From contig CAIIXF020000001.1 of the NCBI GenBank assembly GCA_903813345.2, positions 1,984,001 through 2,048,000 on the forward strand: a DNA stretch of 64,000 bases, in the 5' to 3' direction. This DNA is from Owenia fusiformis. Its lineage: Eukaryota. Below the pieces are notes generated by a model, which saw only the letters and a program-made list of their open reading frames with translations, ran no database searches and was not told the origin of the DNA. Positions 42,127-56,365 of this stretch are shown here, in pieces. The position numbers were made by a program, and so were the translations under genes. Positions within the stretch are counted from its first letter, which is position 1. Every line of letters begins with the position of its first letter.

Positions 42127-45100
42127 GTACGCATTGAAGTCAGATATTAATTAATAAAAGTATTGAAACACAAGTATTATTATATAACATCACACATTAT
42201 CAATAACATTATCACGAACTTACACAAAGTAAATCGATGCATTTATATACACGTATACTTATATATTTCTTTAAATGTGATAACATAGCATATAAATCTA
42301 TACAAAACTAATTCTAATAAACTAACACTACTATCTGTATATTGTCATATTTGATGGTAAATAAAATCCACATATAAAGTCTTATACAGGTGCATGCATT
42401 CATTTTCTTGACCAGTGGATTTTGATTTTCATTTGATTATCAGAATGTACTATTGACACTATGGACTGACCACATATAATTTTATTTCTTGATCATGAGA
42501 TGGAAAATGATGATGTATGAATATTTATTGAAGCAAGTCTGTAACAATGAACTATACCATTTTATATGATTTATTTTAGTTTATTTCTTTGAAGTATTGT
42601 TATATATAACAGACGATTGAATTTTGTCACGTATATTGACATTCACTGTTGACTTCAGAAAGTTTTTAAATGGCTGAACTTTACCTGGAATTGAGAAAGT
42701 GTTCAGTCATCACAATGATGTTTTATTCTGTTCTGCTCTTCAGCTAGTGTGCTATTCTCTGACTAAATTTAATTGCCTTACACTATGAGCTTTAACCAAT
42801 CAAAGAGCATGATGGTGCTGTGCTGATATGTTTTCCTATCAAAACATATACAGATATATTACTTAGCAATGGAATGGTCTGATTGGCCCATCCAGTTCAG
42901 CAATATATCATTAAATTTAGAATATTTGTGTTTGAGAGGAAATTGTGATTATACTCTTACAAAGGGTTATAGTAAGGGTATGTAACATGTGTATACTTTA
43001 GTGTAACCCACGTGCCAAAGTTCAGGTTTGATATATTACCAACATATTGGCTAAAGTCATAGTTGGGATTCTGTTTTTTGTTCCATATTTAGTGTTCCTT
43101 GTTTTATGATTGATTTATGATGGAGTTGTCTTTTTAAAGAGGTAGTTTTATTGACATGCCAGGTATCTGCCTAAAGTAAAAAATAACAACATAAAATACA
43201 TCTAAGGACAGAAGTTGTAGAATTAGAAAGAATTTATGATTGTAAGCATCTGGACATCTGGAGTAAGGGAACTGGATGTGATAAATAAAACAACATTTTC
43301 TTGCTTTTTAAAGTAAATGTATCACAACCCAAAAATATCTTCTGGAAAAAAATAAAATACTGGTAAGCATCTTATTAACCCCAAAGTTCAGAATTGTCAA
43401 AATTTGGAGATACCCCTAAAAGTTCACTGTATTTTGATGAATTCTGACTAGTTTTACTAAAATCCTACATTTTTACATCAATTCAAATGAAATATATCTA
43501 CTTTGTATACTGTCCTGCAAAGCCATGGTCAAATGATAGGCATCAATGATATAATGGTATAGGTCATGTTCAAAGTAAATAAACTTTTTTATGAAATATA
43601 TTTTTTGTCATTAAAACTGTAAGTCAATCCAGGTAAAAAAAATAACGCAAAGTGCACTTATCAACCTTGTAGAATAGCTCTGTAAGGCCATGTGTTATGA
43701 AGAGGATTGTATTTACTCATTTAAGTTATTTACAGTGTAATTTATCAATGTGACTCACATTCTCATTTTTTCAAGTTATTTCAGCTTTTTATCTCTTTGA
43801 CCAGTATATGACCGATGATAAAATTGAGTCCTTATTGGTTGTAAATCTCCTGTAATTCTCTTGTCCGACATTTATTAATCATGAAATATAGTAACGCAAA
43901 AAATACAATTACCAAATTGAGGAAAAAACATTAGCCAAATGCATCAGAGGAAATACATTTTAAAATAATTTCCGAATATCAGATCACTCATTTGAGTCCT
44001 TCATTAATATATTGCTGCTTTATAACATTGACTATATCAAGAGTTCATGCCTTCAGCCTCTTCATAATCTCAAATGACCAATTAAACGCGATAAATAATT
44101 GCCATTCTTTTTTATGGTCATCGGAAAAACCACTTGAGTGTTTTAACTTGATTAGTTTTTTTGATTTCGCTCTTCAGTATGGCAGTTTTTCGGATCTACA
44201 TTTTTCTAAAATAGACTGAGTGTACGAGACAGATTACTGAGCTTTATGGAGATTTTATAATCAGTGGTCACTTGTGTTTTTATCAGCGTTTAAATCACCA
44301 ATATTCCTTTCTGTTGTCCAGCCAGAAACAATATTTCCAATTTTCCAAATGACATTAAAGTCTGGTTTGAATGTATTTAATTTATAAACACATAAATCAT
44401 TGGAATCAAAGGCAAAAGTGCAACCACAGTTCATGAACAGTAATTTGTTAACATTTTGATCAGCATTTTGATTCAAGAACTTATCCAAAAAAGTTCAGAT
44501 AACTACCTATAAAACATCCTAATTAGAAAAAGCAAAAAAGTCATCAATCCTGTCAGTCCGAGAACAAATGGCATAAAAAGTTGCATAACACAAAGTTATG
44601 GTCAGTTTTGAAGGAATTTATTGTTACAAAAAAATTAATAAAAGCTTTTCTTAATGCTTGGACAACTTTACTTGTAAATTAAAAATTCTCAAAATAAAAG
44701 TGCTCTTGATTTTTGGATTTAGTTAACTGCTTTATTAACCCAACTGAAAAATGCAAAAGAACTTTGACCATTGACAGTCTAAATATGTACTAAGCCCATA
44801 GGAAAACAACTTTGTTTAAATATTTGATATCTGAAAGAGATTTTTCCCAGAGTAATCTTAGCCGTCAATACTGACCTTCCTAAAACAGATTTGAAAAACA
44901 AGTGAAAGCTTGGAATATGTTCTTGAATATTGAGCAAATGGCATTAGTCATCATTATTTTTAATTTTAGTTAAGTATATGCAGAGTAGAAATTCTGGATG
45001 TCTGAAACCAGTTTCTTGTGATGTTATTTTAGTAGTGCAGGTGATGCTTTGTAGCATGGTTTAATGTGATGTATGAATAGTTAGATGAGAAGCCATGGTT

Positions 45101-48100
45101 TAAGGCATCAGTATTAATTTCATCAACAAAGAATCAGAAATTGAACAAGAATTTATACATAATATATCATTTAGACTTGATGAATCATTTTATTTGCATT
45201 TCTTCCGAGTTACTCATGATATGGTCCCGTTTGATATCCCAGTTCACGGTCACCTAGGCTTTCATAGAGTAGGGTGACCCTTGACCCTGGACATGACCAA
45301 CCCAGAGGATGTTTATGACTAAACGGATGTTTTTTCACACCAGGCTAGAATTCTATTTGCATATGAGCCATTTTTATTGAAAGAAAATTCTGAAAGGCTT
45401 ACAATGATGAATATATCATGGTCAGTTGTATGTTTAAACGTGATCACGTTTCTCAAGTTGTGATTTTTTATGGAAATATCTGAACTGTTTTATTTAGTGT
45501 TAAATGCTTTGATATTGGTCAGTTCTGAAATAACATATTTTTTATTGAGTTTAAATTGCATTTCTGCCACCCATCGTCAACAAGTTGAAAAACTGAAAGG
45601 AATCATCCTGAAGTATAAGAAAGAACTGGACTGGAATTATTAATATATTTACTGCTTTTTCTTGAATCTATTCTGGGTTATTTTTTGATTTTCCATGTGC
45701 CTGAATAAAAGAAGAAAATTTCATTTGGGTTAATTTAAGCCAATTTTGATACAATAATTTCAATCCACATGCGATTTATACACTCCGTCTTATTTGTAAA
45801 AATAAAGAAACTGTTTTATTTTTTGGGAAAGTTTTTTGCATATTTTTGTTGATTTTTTAAAGTTGGCTCAAATGAGGGTTTAATTAAAGTGGTCCTTGCT
45901 GATTAAAAAAAGTAGATAGTATTTGTGTTTTATCAGCAGCCGCCACTTGTCTATAGTTGGTCATGACATACCAAGGTTAAAACAACTCTGGTCAAGGTGT
46001 TCACTTACGTACCATTTAAAACTTACAAGGCACCCCAAAATCATTTTTATATATCCATTTTATTCTTCAGATAAGATACAAGGCATGTAATAGTTGTTTA
46101 TGTAATTGATGTTTTTTATTTAACATTAGTGGCAATTAGCATCAGAAACGTTTTGAAGAGTATATATATATATAGTTGCCATGGAAATAGTTGTTACTAA
46201 AGATTGTCTGATTCCATGATGATATTAGATCATCAGAAAAGCTTGGGATTATTTTCATCTGCCAGAAATGCTAACTCAAATAAATCTCCATGGAGAGTTA
46301 TATAACATACAATTTAAGCCAGAGTTATTTTCTGTGCAGAAATTCCATAATTAAGGAGTAAAATGTGGAAAACTTCAGCAAAATGCAATTACCAAAATAA
46401 TCATTGGTGGATTAGTGAATTTCCTGTAAATCAGAGATGTAGTTATATAATACTGGAGATTCTGACTTGATCTCCAAGAGATGTGTTTATTTCTGCAATG
46501 TTCTTGGTGGCTTTGGATTTTTGGTCATATCTTGGCACCATGTAATCTAATGATCTCTGTTATTTTACTTCACTACCAAATTCTCTTTCTATGAAATTTA
46601 GTCCAGCAATGAGCCTTTATATACCCCACCCCCTTCTTGTGATAAAAACCTGTGTGTTGAAATTAAAAAGGAACTTCAAGTTTATGTAATATTATTCATT
46701 GATTCATTCACTGCAACAAAAGTTATAACAATTGGTAAAAGGTTACAATTGCAAAAAAATGTGACCATTGCAAAGAGTAATCTCTTTTAGGTGCCAAAAG
46801 TGAAAATCACTTTTTGAAAATGTGGTGTGTCAGTAAAGATCCATGTGGAATCCACACTGAACTAAGAAATTAAATTATGGAAGAAGAATTACATATGAGA
46901 AAACCCAGTATAAATTAATTACAGATGTTACATAATAGAGAAAATAGCATGCTAGATGTTTCTTGTGGATCTATAAACCTATCCATAAACGTCATTTCAG
47001 TAAGCGGATCTTCTAAGCTGATTACATTTATTTCATCATGAAAGTATCTAACAAATTGCAGTGTTCGAACAAACAATGTAAATGTAATTGATATAGCAAT
47101 AATTAAGAATGTGTGATTTGTTAGTATGTAATTATGTTACATATATTCTCTATGGCTGTTTTTGAAATTAGAAGCCGAGTTTGGACGTAAATAAGATTGT
47201 TCGGTCAGGTAAAATGTATGGTCAATCAATAACTCTTCATCCTTCTATTGTATAATATCATTGATTTGCTGAATTATTTACGAGCATTGTATTTAAGAAA
47301 ATAATGATATGAAACAAAGGAAATTGAAGTTTGGGATTCAATTTAGTTTTGAGTAGAGGCCATAATTTCTTATTTGGCAAATATTTCCTAAATCTTTCTT
47401 TTAATCATAAATTATTTTGAGACATGAAAGAATAAGTTCTTCAAAGAGTAGGATTAAAAATAAGTACTTAAACAACTTAAACAACTTAAAATATAATTTT
47501 TGATCACAAAAAGCTAATCAAAATTATGTGTCAAAATATATTTTGTTTTCTAAGGATATTTTAAGTGATAAAGAAAACATAAATAAAACATGAAAGAAAG
47601 TTTCTGTTTTAGGAAGTATTTTAGAGTTCAAATCCAGATTCTAGAGGAAGTTATGATTTCTTATGGAAATAATAAAAGCAGGAAATAGATTCTGAGAAAA
47701 TGCTAATTTAAACTTGTGTAACAAATATGGTTCTTTGTTTCCTGGATACTTATTCAAAAATCACCAGATCCAGCAAAGATAAATTAATCTAAGAAATTGA
47801 TTGAGAAAATTACATAAAAGATTGAGAGGTCTCCATCCATTTAACCTTTAATATGTCTCATCTCACTCATTTTCCAATGCAGTTTTATGTAATAAATGGT
47901 GACATAAGCTGCTGAGAGTTAAGATGTTAATCATGTTTTAATTATTGCATCCTTGTGCTTTGATTGATTATGTGGCAGGATTCATATTTCTTTATGGCTA
48001 CTGATGGTATGTAGACTCCTTAAGGGAGGGGAAGGGGAGGGGGGGGGGTTAGGCCATTAGTCCACATCCCTAAACACCCCACAAATTAAAAATCCCTGTT

Positions 48101-48844
48101 TAGATAAAAATTGATAAGTATTTGCTTATAATTCCAAAACATGACCTAAAATTGGTATTTTTGCATAAATAAGGATATATTAAACTGTCTTGTATGGCCA
48201 TTCCCTACTGTTTTAATGAAATCCAGACCATACTTTCTAACAAACCCATTTCTTAGCATATTATTTTTGCAAGTTATGCATTAAAAGTTGAAAAGCAATG
48301 TAATTGACATTGTTCTTTCCACATTAAGAAAGATACCATCAGCATCATCATAATACTCTATTTTGCTAAATAAAAAAAAAAAGTCACTCTTACTTCTAAA
48401 AACACACCGTAGTGTAAGTATAAAGATTTCTTTCCTCTAAAAATATAATATGATTTAGAAAATGGTGGTTAAGTTAAAATATAAAAGAGAGTTTCAGATC
48501 CCCTTGGTATTTGGTAGAAGGGGGGGGGGGCATAGGACAGTGAAGGGTTCAATCAATGGAGCACTAATAGACAGTTAATATGTCATCATCATATTTGATG
48601 TTTACTAGTAATAAGTGTGAATTTGTTTCACAGGTTTAAAGCTGTATAAAATACTCTATTTCCTTCTACCATTGAACTTATAATTTAAACAATCAACACC
48701 TAACATGAATCCTAATATTCCTTAGAAAAATAGTGTGAAGATAAAGAAACTAAAATAGCCAGAAAATAGTAAATTGAATTTCACACTTCCAGATTGTTTT
48801 CATTAGCACTTTATTATATGACTTAAACATGTGTGTGTTATATC

Positions 48845-49203
48845 AGCCAATAAAAATGCAGGCTCTAGTGGGCTCCATGAATTCATTAAAACATGAGCCA
48901 ATGAAAAAACAGTAAATATTACATACACTATAGAGCGCCTGTGGCCTAATCTTATATAATCACTAGATTAGTGGTTCCAATCAAAATCAAACTACAGTCT
49001 CCAGCTAGAACACAAAGAGAACACACATACTTCAAGAATTTGTTGGAAGAAAAAAATCAAGCAGTCATTTTTTGAGGACTTTTCAAAAGGACTTTAAAAA
49101 ATATATTATTTAAAAGACATTGGATATTATAATCAGTTTGAAGCTATTGGTTGGGGATTGCAACCAATAGAAGAGGAACAGCAGCTCAAGTTATATCTGG
49201 ATG
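48845..49203 (+). promoter_or_regulatory. Candidate promoter and non-coding first exon of hb
   Basis: CCAAT at 48847 and 48898, TATATAA at 48953, then about 200 nt to donor ATG|GTGAGA at 49204, followed by AT-rich sequence. Confidence 0.45.
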
Positions 49204-52200
49204 GTGAGACTTTTAATAATTATTTTAATTATTTCATGATTAGTTATCATTTTGCAAATAACTTTTAAAAAACATATATTTTAGAGAGAAGGTTTTCATA
49301 AAAATTTCATATTTTGACACTACTTTGTCATCTTTTAATGCATTCTTTAAGTATTTCTTAACCTTCATATCCATGTTAACATTTAATTAACATTTAAAAA
49401 AGTTCAAAAACTCAAGAAAACTGTTCAATAAATATGATCATTAATAGCATACATGTTCCACATATTGGTCATGTCTCTGCTTCAAAATTACCAGAGGAAT
49501 TTAGATTTATTTAAAAATGAATTCTAAAAGTAAAAAAAGAATTAGATTGGGCAACAATGCTGAATTTTTACATGTCAAGTAATATGAACATTACAATTCC
49601 AAAATGTAGTTTAATTTGAGACTTAGGCTTATTTTCTTTTGCTTAATAGAATTTTTAAACCAGCTTTATATAACTGAATTAGCAATTGTACTGTTAAATA
49701 TACTGATTGGTTTTAATCCTGATTTTGTGCTTTGCAAAAACCCACATTTAAAGAAACAAATTTCAATTAAAAGTATTTTCTCAAAGACTTAATTCTTGGT
49801 GCTGCAGTGAAATAGGGAGGGGGCCTGTGTTTCTGAGAAATAATAACAGCAGGAGAATTAGCTGACTCTCTCTGATTGCATCTTACTACTACAATAAAAA
49901 TATCAAAAAATAAATTATGCATTAACTAGCCAATTTGACCATTTATAAGTACATCAAAGAATTGCTAACAGTTGGAGTTTACTGTTGTATTCTCACTTGA
50001 TTATAATTGAAAGGATTAAAAAAAAATATCAAAAGAATTTTATGTTTTAGAGTTGGTTTTATGGCTTGAGCTTTTTGAGCTGTTAAGTAAATACTGGGAA
50101 TCAAAGGGAGGGAGAGAGGGGGGGTCGATGGGATATTACCAGTGCTACCCCTTTTTAAGATGCTTCTTTACTCATGTAGTGTTTGTTATAAGTTAAGTTA
50201 ACATTTCACAGCTCACCAGCAAAGGAGGTCCAGATTGCACACTGGACCAGAAGATTGGAGGAATTAAATTCAGCTATTCCTGGTGAGAATAAAAACATGT
50301 ATATCTATCAAGGGGAATCCAGATGTGTGGCCAAGTCCATGGAGCATTTTTGTGATGGATATATGTAGTGGCATAAATAATTCATGACGTGTTAAATTAT
50401 GTATACACATTGTAGAGATTAGAGACTAAGGGAAGTTGCATCAGTTGTGGGGAGGGAGGGGGGTATTTGGTGCATAATGTATAATGATGTTTTGAGTTAG
50501 CATAACATCTTTCAGACTCTGGTTACCATAGCAATGCAATGACCAGTCCAAAACAGGAGGTGATTATGCAAGATTTTTGCCTGTTCTCCCTTAATCAGCA
50601 ATCCAAGTTTATCAGCCTGGTTTTACATTTCATTTGGGAAATTTTTAGGCTGTCTTTTATTTTGACATCTGGACTGTTTGTCAGTAAAGATAACACAAGA
50701 GGGGATGGCCCATTGAGCTAAATTATCAATTTGATCATTTTTATATTTACATTTTACCTCATTAAGTGTGACATTTCATATGAAAATATATGAATATTAT
50801 ACTATAATGTGGTATAATTAAAGAATGCATAGGTCTTTTAGGGTGTAATTGGATGTGCTTAATGGACGTCCTGTTGGTACAAAGGTTCATCAGTGTTTTA
50901 AAGGGCTCTTGAAATGTTGACTTTGTGTTTGGTCACTCGTGGTTATGTAAGATTTAGCGGCTATCTCTGGCTATAGTACATAGTAGGGCACGGTGTCAAG
51001 TACTTTTTGTCTACATTTTTCATGAAGGGGAGGAAAGCTTAGACAAGGCAGCCATTTTGTTCAACTGTCTAACATATTTTAAGTTTTTGAAGTTGTTTTG
51101 CACTTTTTGGAGTTTTGATGCAGTGTCCTAGTCAAAGGAATTCTCTGGTCAGTATTTTATGTTTTATTTGTGTGAAGTGTGATTATTTCTATCTTCATAA
51201 AGTCTTTTTTTAATATGTTCTTAAATTGAACTTATATAATTAAATTTTTAACAGAAATTACAATTGATTGTGTATGAGATAATTTTCATATTTCAAATTA
51301 ACGTTTGGGATCATGAAATAGTCATATATTTAATAATGGATATTAGGTTCACCTTCTGTTCAAAATATATTTACTTCTTTAAATCAATTATGTATGAAGT
51401 CAAGTTTAAATGCTTTTTAACGACAGATACAATTGCAATTATTCTTATTAAGTGATGAAACAAAGGAAGAAACATGCAATATTTAGCAATCAACCATATG
51501 TAGCCATAAAGTTAGTTACGTAACAATACATCTGAAAAATCATAATCTACATATGTTGTGTTTGCCACGTACTTAACACAATGTAGGTAACATGTTATCA
51601 TATTTTATCATTTATTCATTGACTCTTCTACATCCGAAGCCAATGTAGGCTGATTCCCGATATGTTACATTATCTATACTTTTACGCCATACTTTTATTA
51701 TCAGTTCACTGGGATGGTTTTACTGATAAGATACGAAGAAACAAACAACAAAAATTAACTTAAATAATTTTGATGAACATTTTGATATCCAAAATTTTGA
51801 TCAGTTTCTTGACCCTTCTAGTTGTAAATTGATTGAATTTTTTGTGACATAACCCATTGAAGTTTTCACACTGTCTGGGTTTCCATCACCCTTAAACTGG
51901 TCCACCTATTGTGAAAAAATACCACCCTATTCAAAACATTTTTACATTTATTAATTTCGCTCCAAGAAAGGACAGCTGACAAAGGTACATTCGATTATAA
52001 AAATTATATAATACATTATTATAGATGAAATTCTCAACAAAGACAGTTTTCAAATTCAAATTAATCATAAAGAAGGCCATTAAGGTTTTGAAAGGCGATT
52101 TTCCTCGTTCTATTATAGTTATTATGTCCATGAAAAGATATATTATTCTATAGGTCGGTGCAAAGCATTGTGGTAAAAAGCGTCAGAGTTTGAGGGTCAT

Positions 52201-52361
52201 TTGACCTGCTGACCTCTACGTGCATAATACGCAAGCATCTAGTCTGATAAATTTTTATGATGTGTAGGCTTTCACATAGAGCAGATGGAACTGAGACATA
52301 ACTCATAATCTTTTTAATATATATGGATCATTTGCAACATTTGGATTAAACATAGTTGAAC

Positions 52362-52393
52362 ATGTACGAGGAAAGAGTAGGAATTGGTTCAAG
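52362..52393 (+). CDS. hb: Candidate alternative first coding exon of hb (MYEERVGIGS-R)
   Basis: aacATG at 52362, donor AAG|GTATGT at 52394, phase 2 in frame with the 58343 acceptor. Confidence 0.35.
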
Positions 52394-55300
52394 GTATGTG
52401 AACATTGTAAACAATACTTTTAAATATTGTTCATGCAATAGAAACTTTGTTGGGTTCTATGTTAGGCAACTCTAAGGACTCATAGGGTTTATTCACTGAT
52501 GAAAGGTATTTATAAATGAAAATTGATTAGAAAACATATTAAGTGATACAAAAATGAGTTGTTAGATTGTTGTCATTTGTTTTATTTACTCAAATAATTT
52601 ATAATAACCATGACAATTTCTAAGTAGTCTACTAAATATTTGTCATTCTCTTGCTTTGAACATTTAGCATTGGCTCGATCTCAGATTCTAGTTAAGGATT
52701 AGATTATAAAATATTGTCTCTTATGTCTCATTTCCTTCTTGTTATTTTTCTTCATTAGCCAAATCGGTGATTCACACCTGTATGACTGAATGAGAAAATA
52801 ATGCAAAAAAAGAATTCTGTTGTGAATGAATGAAGCAAGCAGAAGCAACTCATATAAGGAGTTTGCACACTAGTGACATCTATAAATGGTGATCAATGTT
52901 ATATGCAGCTGTTAAACATTAACTGTTTGAACAATATTATATATGAGCAATGAACATCATTCACTCTGTTCAGATTATGTTGTACTTGCAGTTGAAATAT
53001 GAATCTTTAATATTTAATAACCTAGAAGAATTATTGGAATAAAAAAGTATCTCTAAGAATGCGATAATGTAATGATTAAGCCTTATAGTTCTCCAGTTCC
53101 TTCCTTATTAATTTGCTACTTTTATCATCAGTATTTAATAAGTGAAAAATAGGTAGCTACCCCCTATTGTAAATACAAAGATATGGCGTCATCATTACAA
53201 TATAAGGTCTAGAATTTCTGAAACCAAACCTTATTTTTATGAAAAAATATCTGAAGATAGTGGTGTAAATAATGAAAGTAGATTTTGCTGTGGCTTATGG
53301 TGCATCATGGTTCAGGTGTGTTATAGCATAGATCACCTGTTTTGCCAATAAAGCTTATATTTGAGTGATGAGGCAGGTGAGACAGTTTACCTGTAGTGAA
53401 GAGACAATCAATTAACTGGACACCTCGTTATCATCAAATTATAATTGGTTAGTGGCTTCTTTTTTCTCAGCATATTCAATTAAACACATATATTTTACTG
53501 TTAACACATTTTATTATGAAATCTCAGAGGCTCTAGGTTTTCATGTTTAGTTTACTTAAGTCAATAAAGAAATGTGTCCGGATGTGAGACTTGTCAATGC
53601 AGAATACCAAATGTCAATAAATTATTTTTGATATTATTTTTACGATAATCATGAGAAAAAGAATGTTGATATTCATTCAATTAAATGTAATAATAATTGA
53701 AATAATGTAACCGAACACTAAACTAACACAGTAAAATAGATACAGTCTTACACTAATTGCCCTTTTGAGTAAAACATTATTTTTGCACGGTTATTTTACA
53801 AAACATATTCTTTTAATTTGAATGACATTGCATTTTGAGTGAAAATAACTTTCAATTGTTGAAAGTTATTTCATCTTTAATGGTTAAAAATATTACGTGC
53901 AATAATATTTAGAAGTTTTAAATACAGCCATTATTGCAGACTTCAATTTTCTAAGTCACGTATTTGGTTTAAAAATTTTGAAAAATTAATAAATGCTATC
54001 TTAATAGAAGTACCAGCAAGATAAAAATATTTCAATAAGTTTTGATATTTATATTATTGCTTAGTGAGTGACATGTGTGGATGAAAACATACTTATCAGA
54101 TTTTAATATTTTTCATAAGTTAAAATTTCCTGAATATATACTAACAAATCGAATGTCAAAGATGCCCCGATACTGAGAATATTACTTTCTAGTGCTTCTT
54201 TTAGGACTTACAATTGGAAATGTATTACAATGTTCTGTTTATCTCCCATTCAGTATGATATGACCATATCCATAGTACCATATCCACTGTCCCTTGGTAA
54301 GAGTTACTTTGCATGCCTCTACAGTTAAAGTCAATAAAACACGAATCACTAATAGTATACCGTAACCTCAAATGATTTGATATAAACTGAGATGATATTA
54401 ACGCAAACTATCTTCATTATTTAAGAAAATCAACTCTATATGCTATAAATGGCTACTTTCTACTCTCTCATTCACCCTGCAGGTTTTGGTTTGAATTTTA
54501 TGTTGCAATGAAAAACAAGTCATATATGTGACATGAAATAGAAGCCATAAAATATGATTACGTTAGGTAAAAACTACATTAAGATTTACGAGGATTTATG
54601 CTTCAATTTGTGTTTTATTTCTCCGCAGATCTCCAGAGAGAAGTTTTTAGTGAAGTTTTATGAGATTGCACTTACTGACTCACATACTTTGATTCTCTAA
54701 TATTCTTTTTTATGAAAAAATCAATGCCTCGCAATTAAACGAAAAAATAACAAGGCGAGAAACGAGTTTTATTTTACGTTGATATCTATTTGAAGTTCTT
54801 CGAAGGCAAATCAATTAGTTTTAGGTGCAAACATGTATTTTTATGGTAAAGTACTCAATATATGCAGAGGTCATTCAAGTGCATCTATTTCCTTATTATA
54901 CAAGAGATGCAAATTCATTGAAGAATATAATAGAGCTGTTTTATCTGTCACAAACCTTTTTAGGAGACCCTGCCTTTTCTTAAGTACCCTATTTCAATGT
55001 ACGATTGTTATTCTGTAATAATTGAGATAACTTTTATTGAGATAAATTTTTTATCATTATTTATTTTTATTTTATTTATCCAGTTTTTGAAAGTATATAT
55101 GATTAATTGAATAATTATATTCCTTAGCTCAACAAAACAATTCATCTTATTCCACGTTTTCTTGATTCTGTTCTTCATCTTTGTTAATAACTTCTTCCTT
55201 TTGCTTTTTTTGTAAGTTGTAACTATGGAGCACTAAGTCACATCTTGGGAACCAGTTGATAGCTCTGAACATGAGTTTTTTAATGCCGCATTACCATGGT

Positions 55301-55989
55301 TTTAAAAAGACTATAAAGGTTACAAAGTACAGCGGTATAAATAAATATTGGAGAGAATAACATTTATTTTAATGAAGCCTTTGCTAATAAAGGTCAACGT
55401 ACACTGTGGTTATTGTCAATCAACGATGATCATAATTGAGAGAATTGTTCACTGTATGTTGTATTGTTTTTATAACTGTGTCAACAAATATTGAACATGT
55501 TATAATTAAAATGTTTTTTATATCGATAACACTTGACCCACAGTTAGACATGCTCTTTGACAGATACAACCCTTTTTCTGAATTATTTCTTATTTGACAT
55601 GTTTTATTTCAAGGGCACTATTTGAGATAGTAGAAATCAGAATGTATATATTTTGGGGATTGGGTTGGTTTACAACATGTACACGTATATGTGGTACATC
55701 TGTGTTTGCATGATACTCAATATGGATTGTTTTTTATTAATTAAATTTTGATGAAAAAATGTGATGCATCTCTTAATACAGAATTTCTATTTTAATCAAA
55801 TCTATTTAAACACAGATTGCTAGCTGACAATATCAGTGAGATCAAAAACATTGTGAAATGACAGTTTGTTTTTTATCTGTGGTTCGACTTGAACAATACA
55901 GAAAAAATAATTACAAATACAGACTAACATCTTTGCATTGTATTGAGATTACACAGAGTAATAATGCCACAAATAGTATCTGTGTATGG

Positions 55990-56110
55990 CCAGCCAATAA
56001 CTCCTTCAATATAAGTGACCAGCATTTGTGAATCCCTTACATCTGATTGGCTGCTGAAAGTGTTGTTTTGATTGACGAGGATATTCTTGGAGAATGTGTA
56101 GTGATCAGTG
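55990..56110 (+). promoter_or_regulatory. Candidate proximal promoter (NF-Y pair plus Inr-like motif)
   Basis: CAGCCAATAA (CCAAT at 55994), CTGATTGGCTG (reverse CCAAT at 56046), TCAGT at 56105, upstream of the exon ending at 56439. Confidence 0.4.
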
Positions 56111-56365
56111 AAAGTAAGACCCGTGCTAACTCAGGAAGGTGCTACAAATGTGCATAGATATATTATTAGAATCAATCAATCAAGGAACTCCACAAATTTA
56201 TTCATATTCAAAAATGATATCATTAACAGTAATTCTGCGACACAAAAAATGACATGATTCTGAATTGGAGAAATTTATGCACACATTAGTTGATTAAGAT
56301 ACACATTTGGTAACAGTTGGCATATTGGAGACTTATTCTGGATTTGAGAGTTGTAGTTTTCTATA

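Noticed and set aside
1495-55018. Scattered 60-112 aa ORFs in the upstream region
   Set aside because: AT-biased composition (F/I/L/K/N-rich), many non-ATG starts, and no domains or exon chains, consistent with chance.
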